Source: Antedon mediterranea
Taxonomy: Eukaryota; Animalia; Echinodermata
Assembly: GCF_964355755.1 (NCBI RefSeq)
Contig: NC_092675.1
Span: 21,052,912 to 21,116,911, forward strand
Length of the DNA stretch: 64,000 bases
Direction: 5' to 3'
Position numbers and translations under genes: made by a program. Below are positions 1 through 14,300 of the stretch, one piece after another; within the stretch, counting starts at the first letter, position 1; each line of letters starts with the position of its first letter. The notes under the pieces were generated by a model that worked only from the letters and a program-made list of their open reading frames with translations, did not search any database and had not been told where the DNA came from.

Positions 1-88
1 GCTACGATTTTGACGTAGTATTACGTCTTGGCAAGTAGCGACACGCAATTTTTGACGTATAAATACGCCGTGGCAGTGAACGTGTTAA
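1..88. mobile_element. End of a piggyBac-like non-autonomous element
   Basis: Ends ..GGCAGTGAACGTG followed by TTAA, i.e. TTAA-CACGTTCACTGCC on the minus strand. The other end is outside the window. Confidence 0.45.
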
Positions 89-352
89 GCTCTGTCTGCA
101 CTATCAAACTAGTTTGACAAAAAAAAGTGTGATGTGCTCAAATATGGTAGTGATAAGATATCATCATGTCCATATATGGGCACATCACATTTTATTGTCA
201 CATAATGTTTGATAGACCTTTAACAAAAAAAGTATGATGTGCCCAAATATGGTAGTGATATGCCTAAATATGGTAGTGATATGACATCATCATGTCCATA
301 TATGGGCACATCACATTTTTGTTTGATAATGTTTGATAGTGTAGACAGACCT
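88..352 (+). mobile_element. Harbinger/Tourist-like MITE, family A (internally duplicated copy)
   Basis: TIR AGCTCTGTCT(A/G)CACTATCAAAC ... GTTTGATAGTGTAGACAGA(C/G)CT, flanked by TTA/TTA. The same family recurs six more times in the window. Confidence 0.8.
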
Positions 353-384
353 TTAACAAAATAAACTTTGCAAGCAATACATAC

Positions 385-3300
385 CCTTTAAGGTATGGTT
401 GTGAGTTTGGTGGTGACGGTGGAACATCTGTATCCTCAGGAACACTAGAAAGCATAACGTTAGTTTTAGCAAACACATCACATAAATACATCATTACACC
501 ATGCTATCAAGCATACAGTTACCATGTGAATAAGTGCTTGTTTGAATACAAGGTATTTCAAGATTAACAAATAGGCTTAGTTAATTAAACAGAGCACTAA
601 ACTCAATGAGTTTCTGGACCTTTATTTTTGTATTTTATTTAACTCAAAAAAGTCATTCAATGATGTTCATGAGTAAACAATATACTGCCATGTGAAACCA
701 TGCTAGGCTATTGTAGTTTCAAAATCAATCAATTAGCTCTTGTAGTAGTGGAAACACATGGCATGGCTTCAACTTAGGATGCTTATTATCAAAAAAAAAT
801 ATTTTAATTGAACCATTATATTGGATAATAAAAGGAATCTGTATGTATATTAATTTCAGTTTTAGAAATCATTGTTTTCATATTAGTCAAATTATATCTT
901 GGAAGAGGTGTATACTATACACTGTAGCAATATGCAAATCAACAAATAAAGAAGGAAAATGGGGCACTTATTCACATAGGTAATTGTACATTGTTATATA
1001 CATTCTATTAATCCAAACAAAAATACAAAGATCCTAAGTTTTCATGCTTTCATGAAATAAGTGTAAATATACACTAAATAAGTCTTAGCAAAAAAAAAAA
1101 AAAAAAACATAATGCATTTATAAAAATTATTGTATTGATACCGGTATATTTAAAATACAGAACTAAACTCAAAATTTAGTATGCTGTATGGCAGAGTATA
1201 ATCCCATATTCAAGAATAATCCCAATCCCACCCTCTAATTTAGGCTGAATTCAGACACAATACTTAATAGTAAATCTATTTAATGCAATCTGAGTATAGC
1301 TCTACCACCACTCTAATTTTGTACCTTAGCCCCATGGGACTATTCTCAGACATTCACGATATATACAACTAATTCCTCCTATATTATTTGATTGGTTGAT
1401 TTGAAATCAAGGTAATATAAATGGTTACCCAGAGGTTCTTTGCAACTTGCTGGAACGTGGTGATAGCAATGCTTCTCCTTCTGTTTTCAAATTCACTTTG
1501 GTTTTCCAAGACTGTACTGGCTCTATTATAACAGACAATCACAAATACTATGAATAATGCACACACTAATAAGATATTCTTTCATTTTGCATTTAATCAG
1601 TAGGGGCTGTAATCACATCTATGTAAAGATAAAATGTTGTATAATTTTAATCTATTAAAGATAGTACTGAATATCATAATTAAATAAAAATGTGTACAAA
1701 TGAAGATGAGAAAATTGCATCCTTTAAACATTTATTATCTACTGTTTAGTGTTTTTTTTTGTTTTTAAATAAAAGAAATAAATAATATAATAAGAACACT
1801 GTATAGGATCAAGTATAATCCCATGCTTTGGTAATCCCACCCACTAATTCAGGGTAAATTATAACATCACATTACTGATGTTAATGGCAAGTAATAGCTT
1901 AATGACAATAATAAAATACAAACATTTTACACCAGATAGACAAATACAGTAGAACACTATTAAAGGAACAACCCCAAAAAAGTGTGAACTGTGAAAAGGG
2001 GGCTGGATGTGTTAAAATTGCTTTTCGCTTGTTTCTCTTATTAAGGGTCTTTTACACCTGTTCCCACCCGGCGCCGGAAAATCCAATCGAACATCAATGT
2101 TTTGTTTTCATGTGGCTACACACATATCGATTGGTACATAGCCGAGTGGAGCATCGTGAAAACGAAACATTGATGATCAATTTGCCAGACTGGAACCGTG
2201 CCGGAACAGATGTGAAAGACCCTTTAGGGATGTCTCAAAGGAAGGATTGTACTTTAATTAATTCTTACCATTGCCATCAATGTGTTGATGCAGGCTCTCC
2301 AGATCAAGTGGTGGGATGTCAATCTTAAGCATTTGATTGAGTGCTACTCTATTGTGAATCTCATCTCCTTGCAGCCTCCAATTACTTTCCACTCCATTAT
2401 GGACCTGATCTCCTTGCAAACTCTGATTAGCCACCCCTTCACTATCGATCACATCTCCTTGTAGCCTCTCATTAGCTGTCACTCCATTCCAGTTCACATC
2501 TTCCAACATTTGATCAATAGCTTCACCATTATGATTCACATCTCCTTTATCAACCTCGTCTTCTCCTCTATTGAGTTCTTGTGCCGCCTCGAAAGACTGG
2601 CTTAGTTTACTCTCTTGGAAGGGAAGATGTTCCTGGTGAATGCTTTCTGGTTGGGTTTGGTCATTTGTATTACTTTTATTCAATCTATTTAAGGTAGTGA
2701 CATTAAAAATCAGTGACATTGACATTGTATACCAGCTGGTCCGACATTTTATATTAGATTTTTTATAATACTCATAAATGTATTTTTATACCTTTGTAGG
2801 TTTTTGCTATGCATTTTATTTGTGAAATAAAGTTTATATAATACAATCAAAATGAAATAAACTTTCAGCCCAGACTATTATATTTTATAACTTAATAAAA
2901 TAATAATTAATTTCAGACTAACCTTTGTTTGCTACTGGGTTGACGTCTGTTCTTTGGTGGAGTGACTCTTTTGGCAGTGAGCTATAAAATAAAATGTTGG
3001 AAGCCCACAAAGATGATTTACAGTAAAATATATTTCTAAATTTTCCCAGGAACCGACAAGCCCCAGCAACATCACTTGGTAATGGTAATATGCTTGATTT
3101 CTTAATAACTATTTCAAGAGGGCCCCTTGATTGTCAGCATACGCTGTTTAGGATCACCCTCTATAAATAAAGTGAAATAAAAAAAAAAAATAGACATTGA
3201 AGATACTGTAAAAGCCACCAATGTCATTAGGCTTTAAATACTTACAGATGATAGTACTTCAGTTTTTCTTGGGATAATTTCTAGTTCATCATCTTCATTG

Positions 3301-6300
3301 ATGCTGATATGTTTTCTAAATACGAAGAAAACATAACAAAATGTATGAGTGGGTAAATTAACAGTTTAACGGTTTGCATGGGACAAAAACACTAGGTTTG
3401 AGATATACCATATTTAAACTAGAAAGTCAAGACTCTAAAAAGACTCATGAAAGAGGACTATTTTTAAAAAACACAAGGATAAAAACATGCGATTGTCTGA
3501 TGAAAGTGTAATGTATAATGCAAGCTATTTCTCATGGCCATAACAAGTCTTAGGGATAATTTCCAATAGTCATTCCTCAAACCTTCTATTTGATGTCTTA
3601 ACTGGTAAACTGGAAGCCATCTCAATTGAATTCTTTTGTCTTCGTTTCGCTCTTGGACTCAGGTCAGATGACAATAAATCCTCTGGAATCACCAGGGAAG
3701 GTGTTGGACTACCATTGGTTCTCTGTAACAAAGAGTATGCAAATATTATCTCCTTCAGGTTTATGTTGACCAGACCTGAATCTGAAAGAATCACAACTTC
3801 ACTGAAATGAACAGTCAACTCTCCTAAACCGGACACCTTTCAGCGGGCCTGATATGTCTGGTTTACTACAAAGTATGGTATTTGGAATGTGTTTTAATGT
3901 TAAAAATGAATTTGGGATCGTTTGGAACTTGAGAAAAGTCTGGTTTTGGGGAGATTCCGTGTTTTCAGAGAGTTTTGGGAGATTTGACTGCAGTTGTGCA
4001 AGATTACAACAATGGAATGATTGTAACAAATCGTGGTTATCCATATCGTGAGCGCAATACAATTCAATGTTTTCGGTTTCATTTAGTTCTTTTCAGTTCC
4101 AGAAAAAGGTGGTGAGAGCAAGCATACTCACTTAAGAATTATTTTCAAAATTAAGACTAGACATTAACAGGAGAAAAAATTCCTGCAAAATAGGTCAGTA
4201 AAAACATACATGCCCAGTAATGCAAAGTCTATCTTTGGTGTCACAATGTACTGTATAACCTATAATCATACATTTCTGCTATAGTCATTATTTTCTCAGA
4301 ATAATATACTTCTAATGCTATTTAGGCATGGCGCTATCACTAAGGACATGTCCAAGTCTATTGAAAAGGTACAAAAGAGAGCATTGCGTATCATGCTAGG
4401 TAACAACTATTTGTGCTATGATCATGCATTGTCTGTTACTGGTTTACCTACTCTTGTTGAGAGAAGAAACAAACTTGTGTTGTCTTTCGGGGAAGGCTTA
4501 TTAAAATCCGAGCTGTTTAGAGAAATACTTCCCCCTCTTCATAAGCCAGCTCGGTCTCTCAGATTCAACCGCTTTCTAGAAGTACCTCATTGTAAAACCA
4601 GCAGACTTAGGTCGTCTCCAGTTCCCACCATGGTGGATATAATTAATAGGCACCACTAGCTCTTTTTTAGATATGTTATAAGTGAATGTTTTTTGGTTTT
4701 TTATTCATGTATGTTTTTAATTGTATGGTACGATATCTAATTTTATTAAGATGTTTCTATTTTTATAGCAATTTTAACTAATTTTTAGTCATTTGTAATA
4801 CATTTCATTTCAGTCCTTGACTGTCGTTTTGTAATATATTTTTATATACCGAATAAATAAAAAAAATTTAAAACTACTATGTTGATATTAATGTACACTC
4901 AAGATGTGGATGTTTGTTTACTGGCAAGAGATTAGAGTAACTATGCCAAAGCCAATATAACTTAAAAACATTTTTTGCTACAGTATATATATCAAGAAAA
5001 TAATAATAAAAAAATGTTTGTCTTATAAATAGCGCCAAATACTAATTTTTTTCGTGCTTTAAAAGATTAAAAAGTCCATGAAATATCCTAAAATAATTAA
5101 TTTGGAAGCTACACTTTCGAAACAGTGGCACACTTCTTGAATGAAGGTGCATCCAGGGTAAGTAAAATAAAAGTTAGAGAAAAAAATTGATTTTTAAATC
5201 ATTTTTTTAGGCCTATTCCAGTACAACCAAAAACAAGTTAGAGATAATGCAGAGGAACCTTGTCACCACTTCGTTTTCAAGTATTTTGAAACTCTCAAAT
5301 GAGAGCTCGCTAATGTAGAACTCATAACAGCTCAAATGAAAAATGCATCTAGTAGGTTAAAAGCACTGTTTGGTAGCAGTACTACAGTTTGTAGAAACAG
5401 GATTTGAATATAGAACTCTGACATTGGTAAGCAAGCATGTAAACCACCACGCTACATTGTCGCAACTTACCGGTTGTATCAGCATGCCAGCTCGTTCAAA
5501 TTGTTTAAATGCTGGCGAGTCTAGTAATAGTTTTGACTGCCTGTCTTCGGATATCCTATATATAAATGCAAAAGATTATTTACTATTAATAATTTTGAAT
5601 GTTAAACAATATTTGATGATTTTCTGACAGGCATAAAAAATAGGACTATTGTATATCTCTGTACCGTTATATATCTTGCTCAGCAGTGTAAAACAACAGT
5701 TATAAAAAGGTGGCCCCGGCAGATAGAGATGGTATTAAAATTGGTATTAAATAAAACCATATACGATTTTGAAATATGCAAAAACATGGTTACTATAAAC
5801 AGCAAGATACAATATGTCTTTTCCATTGAATTACGTTGTATTGTGTGACTTTAACTTAAATATAAAAACACTAAAATTTAAAATTACCTTTCAGATTCAT
5901 GTACATGTTGTTTTCTGTTTTCTTTACGTCTCTGAGGTCTTTGCGGAGCTGTTAAGAAAAATAAATTAATTTTCTCGACTATTAAATATTGATAGCCTAT
6001 TTAATAATAATCGAATGATTATATTAATCATGTTAATGTCAATAACATGGGTCACTTGTCAATTGAGATATAAGTAGGTTTAATAAAGATTTATACTTGT
6101 AAAAAATATGCTGGTCACTTGCAAAACTTATCCCATCTAATATATGTGCACAGTTAATAAAACACTAAAGACAACATATTATGATTGAGGAGGGTACTTT
6201 TGAAAACTTCAATCTCTTCTTTTTTAGTTTTGATTTACCTTTTGCTTATTTTAATATAGAATATAGGGATAATATTATAGGATATTTTATTTGTATCTCT

Positions 6301-9300
6301 GACAAAAAAATGTGATGTGCCATGGACTTTATGATGTCATATCACTACCTTATTTGGGCATAAACTAGTTTGATGATGTAGACAAAGCTTTATAAAGCTT
6401 AGTGATGAGTTGCAAAGCGATCAATGCGCCAAGTACCAATATCCATCGACTATAATGGGCTGATTGTAACCATTCATGCATGAAAGGATATTGTTCAGAT
6501 TACATGAGAAATTAACACGAGTTGGCTTACCATTTGACAATGTAATACACACAGCAAGTATCATACCCAGGTTATCCAATCAGTTATAAAAAGAAATTTA
6601 TCCTAACGCGGCATAAATGTTTAGCTTGGCAATGTAAAAGGGATTTTTTTTAAAACCGTAACTTACGACTGTCCAATAAAAAATCACTGTCTTGATTCTC
6701 CCCAAACAGATGATAACTGATCGTCTCACCAATAGTTTTTTCTACAAGTCTGTAAAATTATTTATATTCAGATAGTTAAGTCATTTAAGTATGAGCAATA
6801 AAAATTAATTATCAAAAACAATACTGTAAAATAATGTTGATTTGTGTCAATGGTTGTGTACCAAGATTGATAATGTTAATGTTATAGTATGTAATGTAAT
6901 ACTTTTTTTTTATTCCTTACAGAGAAAAACTCTGAACCATTTGTGACAACCTAGTATACTAAGACTAAAATTATGTCATGTTAATTCATTGTGTGTATAT
7001 GCAGGGAAATTGGGATGTACTTCCTGTTGTCATTCCTCAACCAACATCGGTTGTGGTCATAGGTCATCACAAATATGAAGGTGAAATAAATAATAACATG
7101 TGAAGATGAGAAAATCTTTGAGAGCGAAATAAACAAACTGAATCTCTTTTCTGCTTGACATGTAGCTGATTGGATAGTAACTCACTTTCCATGTTTAAAT
7201 TGTTCATCTCAAAAAATTATTCAAAACGAATACATACATATAGAATCAGATCATCATTGTTCCCATAATATTGTAAATAAAAAAAAAAGATTAATAAACA
7301 AATGCTCTTTATCTTAGTATAATTGGCTATAAACATTAATACTTACTCAGAGCAAGATATGTTAGTTACTGGTGTAGCGGTATTACTGGTACCAGTATCG
7401 CTATCAAGGTGAAAAGGTGAATGAGAACGTTCTGTTGTACTCATATCATGTGGGCTAAAATAGATAAAAGGTTTATCATAAAAATTAAAATAGATCAAGA
7501 AGTAAATATCATCACAATTTCTGTTCAAAATATAATTAATAATAATAAAATAAAGAATCAAACAGCTTGTATTACTTAATATATTTGTAGTATTGTTAAT
7601 GGTCAATTTTAAATATGTGGAGATACATTCTAATGAGTATATTTAAACACAGGTCTGAACCAGTTAATACCCTTTTCACATCTGCAAAATGTAACTTGTA
7701 ACCTGGTTTGCATAGTGTGACGACAATTTTGTGGAAAATCTCCCGAGATTTCACAGGGGGCCCCTGTGAAATCGTGGAAGAAAACACCGCCTGTGTTTTT
7801 GTTCTGAGATGTTCCGAGTTCTTGCTGCGTGCGCGTGTATTGCTCTGGTATTAACTGATCAATCATAGTAACCAAATAGCGCGCAACTATTCTTTCCTCC
7901 CAAGATTTCACAAGGTGTATGCGTGTGTGAAAACATGTAATAAGTCAGGAGATCAAACCTGGTTACAACTTGTTACAATTTCTGCAGATATGAAAAGGGT
8001 ATCAGTTACGACTGAACTAATTGAAAGTGGTGTGAATGAGTTGAAACAAGTATGTTTGAATCACTTGACACTGGGCTGAACTAGTTAAAACTAGTATAAA
8101 CCAGTTGAGACTGGGCTGAACTAATTGAAACTGGTGTGAATGAGTTGAGACAGGTAGGTTTGAATCACTTGACACTGGGCTGAACTAGTTAAAACTGGTA
8201 TAAACCAGTTGAGACTATGAACTAATTGAAACTGGTGTGAATGAGTTGAGACAGGTAGGTTTGAATCACTTGATACGGGGCTGAACTAGTTAAAACTGGT
8301 ATAAACCAGTTGAGACTGGGCTGAACTAATTGAAACTGGTGTGAATCAGTTGAGACAGTTAGGTTTGAATCACTTGACACTGGGCTGAGCTAGTTAAAAC
8401 GGGTATAAACCAGTTGAGACTATGAGCTAATTCCAAACCAACCTAAGCAATGCTGAAGATCCATTGAAATTGTTTGTGTTTGTGTAATGATCTTCCAAAT
8501 CATCTACTATTGAATTACTATTAACGTCCTTTATCTCAATAACCTACAAAGAAAAGAAAAATATCTATGTAATATAATATTATTTGTGTCATAAAATTCT
8601 AGGAAATATTGTTTTATTCCCTCAAACTTTATGTTCTGAGAAAATACATTCCGACCAGAAAAGGCTTTAGGTGTTCATCAGAAATAGTAAGTAAGTTTCT
8701 GTTTTAGGTAAATGTGGGCCATATCCTATTTCTGTTTCTTTTGAACATTATTCAACCAATCATAATAATAAAATTGGTGCAATGATTATTAAGAAATGAT
8801 ATTACAAACACTAACATACAGTAGGTGTAATTTCTTTAATACTTCAGTTTCTGAATTTTGGAATGTGAAACTCCAAAAAAATGACTGTTATGCACCCTAT
8901 AAAGTTTATTTTAGTATCATTTCAAAGCTACTTGCTTTGCACAGTTCGTGATCAATAACTTACAGGTTTTTGCTGCTGTTTTTTCTTCTTTTTCCGTGGT
9001 TTTACTTGAGGTGGGCTAAGTGACTGATTTTCTTTAACTTGTATGATGGTTGAATTATAATTAGGAGAATCTACATCCTCATCATGAACCTCTTCAAAAA
9101 GGAGACTAAAATCCTGAATAAAACTTCTCACAATGTTGTTGATAATGCCTTGTTCTTTAAAACTCTCAAAGCCTACATGACACCTAAATAAATACAAAAA
9201 GTGGTTTCAAAACTGAGTCAAATTTTATGAACCCACAACACCCAGCCAGCAATTCAGGTAACAAATACCACATCTCCTAGTTTTCCCTGAATTTCATGAA

Positions 9301-11374
9301 CAGGACCATGGTAAACATTATACAGTAACTCTTTCTTCAATACCTGTATCTCTTTAAATAAGTGGATACATAATTTTCAAAGGAGTAAAATATCTTCATA
9401 GTTAATGTTCAGTCTTAACACAGTGGAATGTCTTATTATTGCCTTTCTAGTCAACCTTTGCTTTAGCACTTACCTTAGTGCAACTCCTTTTACTATCTAG
9501 AACTATTAATATTCAGTTACTTTAATAGGTGCATTACCTGAAGATATTAGGACCAAATACAATTGCTAGTGCAAATGGTGTCATTTTGTTTGTTCTTTCA
9601 TGATCTCCAACCTTGACAAGAAATCTACTAAGGTATTTCAACAAAGCATAATTTTGCTTAGGAAGCTCGTCCAAAATCTGTTTGATCATGTCTAATTGTT
9701 TAACAGAATTACTCCCGTTAGTTTCTGAAATAAATTTAAATAATAAAATATAGAATTACTATCAAGATATAAATTTATAATGTACATAGAAATTTCTCCT
9801 CCAAGTTTGTATAGAGCACTTTGCCCAAAATGACCTGGTATACCTTGCATATTAGAAATTTAAATACATATTGGTTATTCAGCATAATGTGACACCACAA
9901 TAATACAGTACAGTAAATAAAATAAAAGTATATAAAATGTTTGATTCCTTACAGAAACCCTAAATGAGATTCTAAGCTTTAACTAAGGTTTTAACTTAAA
10001 CATATATTATTTCATGTGCTAAAATAATAGAGAAAAATTTCTCTATAAAAACCTTCATAGACAGCAAGAAATCGTTGATGAAATTTGTCAGGAACGATGG
10101 CTTCCGGTAGTTCACGAAGGTACAGTTTCAGAAGACCAGCCACTGCCATAACATCCCCAGCTTCCTCTAAATCAGCATCTCCATACTTATCAAAAGAAGC
10201 TCTTAATTTGTCAACAATCCGTGAGCTACCACTCATCCGGAATATTCCCTCATGTCCAATTCCTGAAAAGAAATCAAATATGAAAGTACTGTACAACCCC
10301 TTCTTTGGGAGATCTTTCTCTTCTAGAGTAAAACAGCATAGCACTTCAAACTGATACACATTTAATATCAATGCACTGTGCACAATTGTCTGTCAAATAG
10401 CAGTTTTGAGGCGATACTGTACACATAGCACTGTAATCAAACCCTGATTGGCCAATTAATGTAGACTGCTAATAAGGTGACATGGCTGGGACCCAAAAAG
10501 TGTCCCCTTAATATGGGTATTTTCCTCAAAAGGGGTTTACCATAGTATTAAAACATACAGTATTATCCCTGGTTTTTTTCAAAAGAAAGTCTCCCCATAA
10601 TTGGGGGCGATACAAAGTAGTGTTCTACTATATCAAAAAGAAATTAAAACTAGAAGAATGTTACCACTATACCTTGAATCACAATCATGTTAAGTATTAC
10701 ACAGTTATCCAATACTGTTATAAGCTCTATTCAAACATTGAGAATGTGGTATTATGGGTGTATCTCCTGACTATATTTATATCATTCATTGAACTATTAA
10801 ATGAATAATATCCTTTGCAGGTATGACTGGTGGTATTCGTACAATTTAAAAGTAAAAATAGTCTGAACGCGCACGTAAACGAATTGAAACTTGAAAGGGC
10901 ACTATTCATAGCATGAAACCAAGAAGAGATTAAAAATAGTACAATAATAACAAGCATCTTTTGATATTGAGTCTCTACAGGAAATTATACTTTAACATTA
11001 GTTAATCCGTACCTCTTAAGAACCGGTAATAAATACACTAGTACTTCTACTGGTCAACGGAAAGTTATGATTAAAAATGTGTTTCATTTACGTAGTTATG
11101 TGTCACTATCAACAATAGTGTAGCTGCATCCTTAAAATATTATTACTATCTAGTCATTCAAAGGTGCACACGGATATATGTTTAAAAAATATTTGAATAA
11201 AAAAGAAAATTATTTACCATGTTTAACTATAAAATCAACAATCTTCTTAACAATGAAGGGTATGCATATTTCTCCATTGATATCTTGCATCTGCTGGGCA
11301 AGTGGTAGACCAAAAACTTTACTCACTGGTATCTTCTTTTTAAGATTCACAGGTGATCGAAGAATTCTTTGCAT
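385..11374 (-). CDS. FAM13A: FAM13A/FAM13B-like RhoGAP-domain protein, multi-exon, 3' end continues beyond the window start
   Basis: Phase-consistent GT-AG exons on the minus strand: 11374-11218 (MQRILRSPVNLKKKIPVSKVFGLPL..IPFIVKKIVDFIVKH), 10262-10053 (GIGHEGIFRMSG..AGLLKLYLRELPE, arginine finger present), 9724-9538 (LPKQNYALLKYLSRFL..NKMTPFALAIVFGPNIFR), 9183-8964 (CHVGFESFKEQGIINNIV..LFE), 8543-8443, 7454-7347, 6749-6667 (ELVEKTIGETISYHLF), 5948-5888, ~3801/3722-3583 (acceptor uncertain), 3315-3246, 2981-2923, 2684-2269 (..IPPLDL..), 1522-1429 (EPVQSW..EALLSPR), 444-385 (DTDVPPSPPNS). The motifs after the GAP domain resemble FAM13 family members as recalled. Probably co-orthologous to FAM13A/B/C. 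Confidence 0.88.
2044..2223. mobile_element. Harbinger-like MITE, 180 bp
   Basis: TIR AGGGTCTTTTACACCTGTTCC / GGAACAGATGTGAAAGACCCT with TTA on both flanks. Confidence 0.75.
4315..4866 (+). mobile_element. 5'-truncated LINE (L2/CR1-group-like) ORF2 C-terminus and 3' UTR, antisense within a FAM13 intron
   Basis: ORF 4315-4659 (IEKVQKRALRIMLG..Y..AL...LPTLVERR..LPP..RSLR..CKTSRLRSSPVP) is typical of the region after the RT domain. A T-rich UTR ends in AATAAATAAAAAAAA. Confidence 0.8.
6301..6389 (-). mobile_element. MITE family A, truncated copy
   Basis: GACAAAAAAATGTGATGTGCC..CATATCACTACC..CTAGTTTGATGATGTAGACAAAGCT matches family A. Confidence 0.7.
7668..8001. mobile_element. MITE (Harbinger-like TIR) inserted at the edge of a minisatellite
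   Basis: TIR TACCCTTTTCACATCTGCA / TGCAGATATGAAAAGGGTA with subterminal inverted TTGTAACC-GGTTTG. Flanks TAA/TCA. Confidence 0.7.
8010..8432. repeat. Minisatellite, ~100-103 bp higher-order unit x ~4, built from ~20-bp subunits
   Basis: ACTGGGCTGAACTAATTGAAACTGGTGTGAATGAGTTGAGACAGGTAGGTTTGAATCACTTGAC.. recurs at about 8010, 8111, 8213 and 8315. Confidence 0.9.
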
Positions 11375-14300
11375 CGTGCTAAATTCAAACAAGGTAGGCT
11401 TAGGAAAACAAGAAAAGAATATTAATTAGCATATTATAACAATAAATACCAAATAAAAAAAATAATACTGTAAATCAAATACTGATATTTTTTGCAGAGA
11501 GCAAGCAATGGTTAGTAGTATTATAGGGAGAGGAAAATCTTTTTCTTCACAGAACATAAGGACTCCAATTTAAGACCTCTTTTGAAGCTGAATTATTTAG
11601 ATTTTGTCCTTTTTGTTCTCTTCCTGGAATGAAACTTTTGCCTAAATTTGACACACTATTGTAGAATTAAATTTATCTTTCTATTGAAAAAAAAAAATGT
11701 ACAGTACTATAGTAGGTGTCTTTAATAAAGTAGTACTGTATAGCTTATGTAACATTGGCTTATGAATATGACTGTACAACTACTTGGTTGTAATACAGTA
11801 CATACTAGAGCATTAATTTCCTATCAAAATTACAAGAGCTAATTCCTGGAAGTGATTTAATGAGTTAGAGATTCATGCAAATTATCTATGATACATCTGT
11901 AATATCATTATCTTTCAGAAAAGGCTTTTTATGAACAATAATTGAACAGTATTCTGCTATAAAATTAATTTCAAATTTTAATTAAGAAATATTGTACACT
12001 AAAGGAATGTTGTTGTAACATAGTGGCATAGTAATCAGGTACCTTGAGCTTTCATGTTGACCTCTAGGTCAGTGTCAAATCAGGTGAATTCCACTATAAT
12101 AATTTCCAAATCCAGACCTACAGTATAGTATACACAGTATGGAGTTAAAAAGCCATTACTCCATTGTACAGGTATAGGTCTGAAAAGGCTAATACGACAT
12201 CATGTACTTACTAAAAATACAAATAATCTTGAATCAGATTAATTATTAAAATAGTGTTATTGATTTCCTCCACATGCATCTACCAGTAAATCTTAGTTCA
12301 TTTTGTTTTCACTAAAGTAATCAATATCAATGAAATTTGACATAAATTTTTATTTACGGTAGTCATAACAACAGGTTGTAAAAATCCAAATCGTCCCTTC
12401 TTTATCTTAGTAGCCATAAAGATAAACTGAATTAACAATCTGAGTAATTCAAATAGATATTAATTGCTGATCAAATATTATGTTGCATAACATAATAAAT
12501 AAATTATTTGTATTAACCGTCATGAAATCAATATTTTCCCCCATAAAATAAATACCTAAAAAATGATTTACGGTAACACAATTATTTTCTTTATGTTTAT
12601 TAGTCTTATTAACTATTAATTATGAAGGATCAAAAGTGAAACATTGCAATTTTGCTTGGTAATCGCTGGTAATGTAATATTTTGATTGCTAAAATTCCAT
12701 ATTGATTTATTTGAAAACTCGCTAATCTTGAAGGATTATTACCTTAAAATTAGTAGAACATGTAAGTTTGCATAAAAAATACAATCAATTTTGAAATATT
12801 CACTAACTGTGCTTTCTTCAAACAGTAAATATTTATTCACTAAATAATATTAACATTACTTACTGTATTATTATTATTATTGCAAGCCTAAATGCCAAAC
12901 ACAAAAATAAAACACTTATATCTAATGACTGTTTGTATGTCAGGAAACTGTAATTAAGAAAATCACTCAAGATTCACCATGAAACATCTACAGTAAATAG
13001 GCTGAAATGTACGATTTTAAATGTCATTCATATCATACTGATATTCACATTACCTTGAGCTAAGACCCCTGCGACAAAGCAACTAGGATTTTCCTTGACT
13101 TTTTAAAATAAAATTCTCTGAAAACCGAATGCCTCCCTTGTTTTGGGTCCAGTAAGTTTAAGGTTTATTTTTTTCTGAGATTTTATCTAACTAGCATAAG
13201 CCTAGAACTAAAAGCTAATATGGAGGCTACAGCTAATATGGAGGCTATGGCTAATACGAATACAATAACGAAAACGGATATGTCACACAATTGTGAAACT
13301 TTTGAGCTGATCCCCATTTCATATTCGTAAAGCGTATTTGTGTTGACAAATATCACCAGTCATATTCATAACTACAAAATGAGTATAGTTTTTGATATAT
13401 TTTACACATTTTGCCTTTGAATCAGGAATGATTCATGATTTAATATAATTATAGATTTATTGAAAGTAATTATAATTACTAAGTAATTTACTAAAATGCC
13501 AGGTCAATTTTGATAAATACCAGTTTTCCTCACTCGCTTTGATGTTACGCTAGGCCCAGGCAGCCAAGCAACACGTACCTGTGCTTCATTCAAATTTACA
13601 GCAGTCATATTTTGGACGTTGGCCTCAAAATTTTGTTGCCATGCTAAACAGATTTTTATTGGCTTACGAAAAAAACCAATGTGTGCGTGACGTATCCGTT
13701 TTTGTAGCATTGCGAAACTTTCTTATGTTTTCTTCATTTGGAATAGTTGGATTTAGTTAGCAGTATTTTAAATATTGTGAACATATTACTCATTTATCAT
13801 GAGGAAAGAGGAATGAAATTAACTCAAAATCAAGGTTTCTATCTTGTCTGATACTGTAGATTGTTCATTTTATTGGAAGGGAAATTTTAAAGTGTTTGAA
13901 TTTGTCATTCAGGATCAGTGACTCATATGTACTGTCCATACAATCATTTACAGTACAATCACCACACTTTGCGTTTCATGAAAAAGAAGACGATGTTTTT
14001 TCAACACTTCCTAAGTCAAACTAATCACAAAATTGTTCATAAAGTCCTAAATACTTCCTATTATTGAATATTACTGTGTAATGTTTATTTGTAAGTCAAA
14101 TATTTTAAAGTCAAATATTCTAAGAAAGGAAAAATAAGGAAAATTTTTTGTTACAATGAATACCGTTTTTAGGTTGTGACGATACATAACTGTAACAGTA
14201 AGTGGAATTTTAAATATTAATAACAAGTTTTGGCTGACAACAAGTACGTACAGTACAGTACCTTTGTTACCAGAGGTTATAGTATGTATCAATGGATCAT

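Noticed and set aside
3799-4095. 87-aa minus-strand ORF as a FAM13 exon
   Set aside because: No phase-compatible splice sites and no family similarity were recognised.
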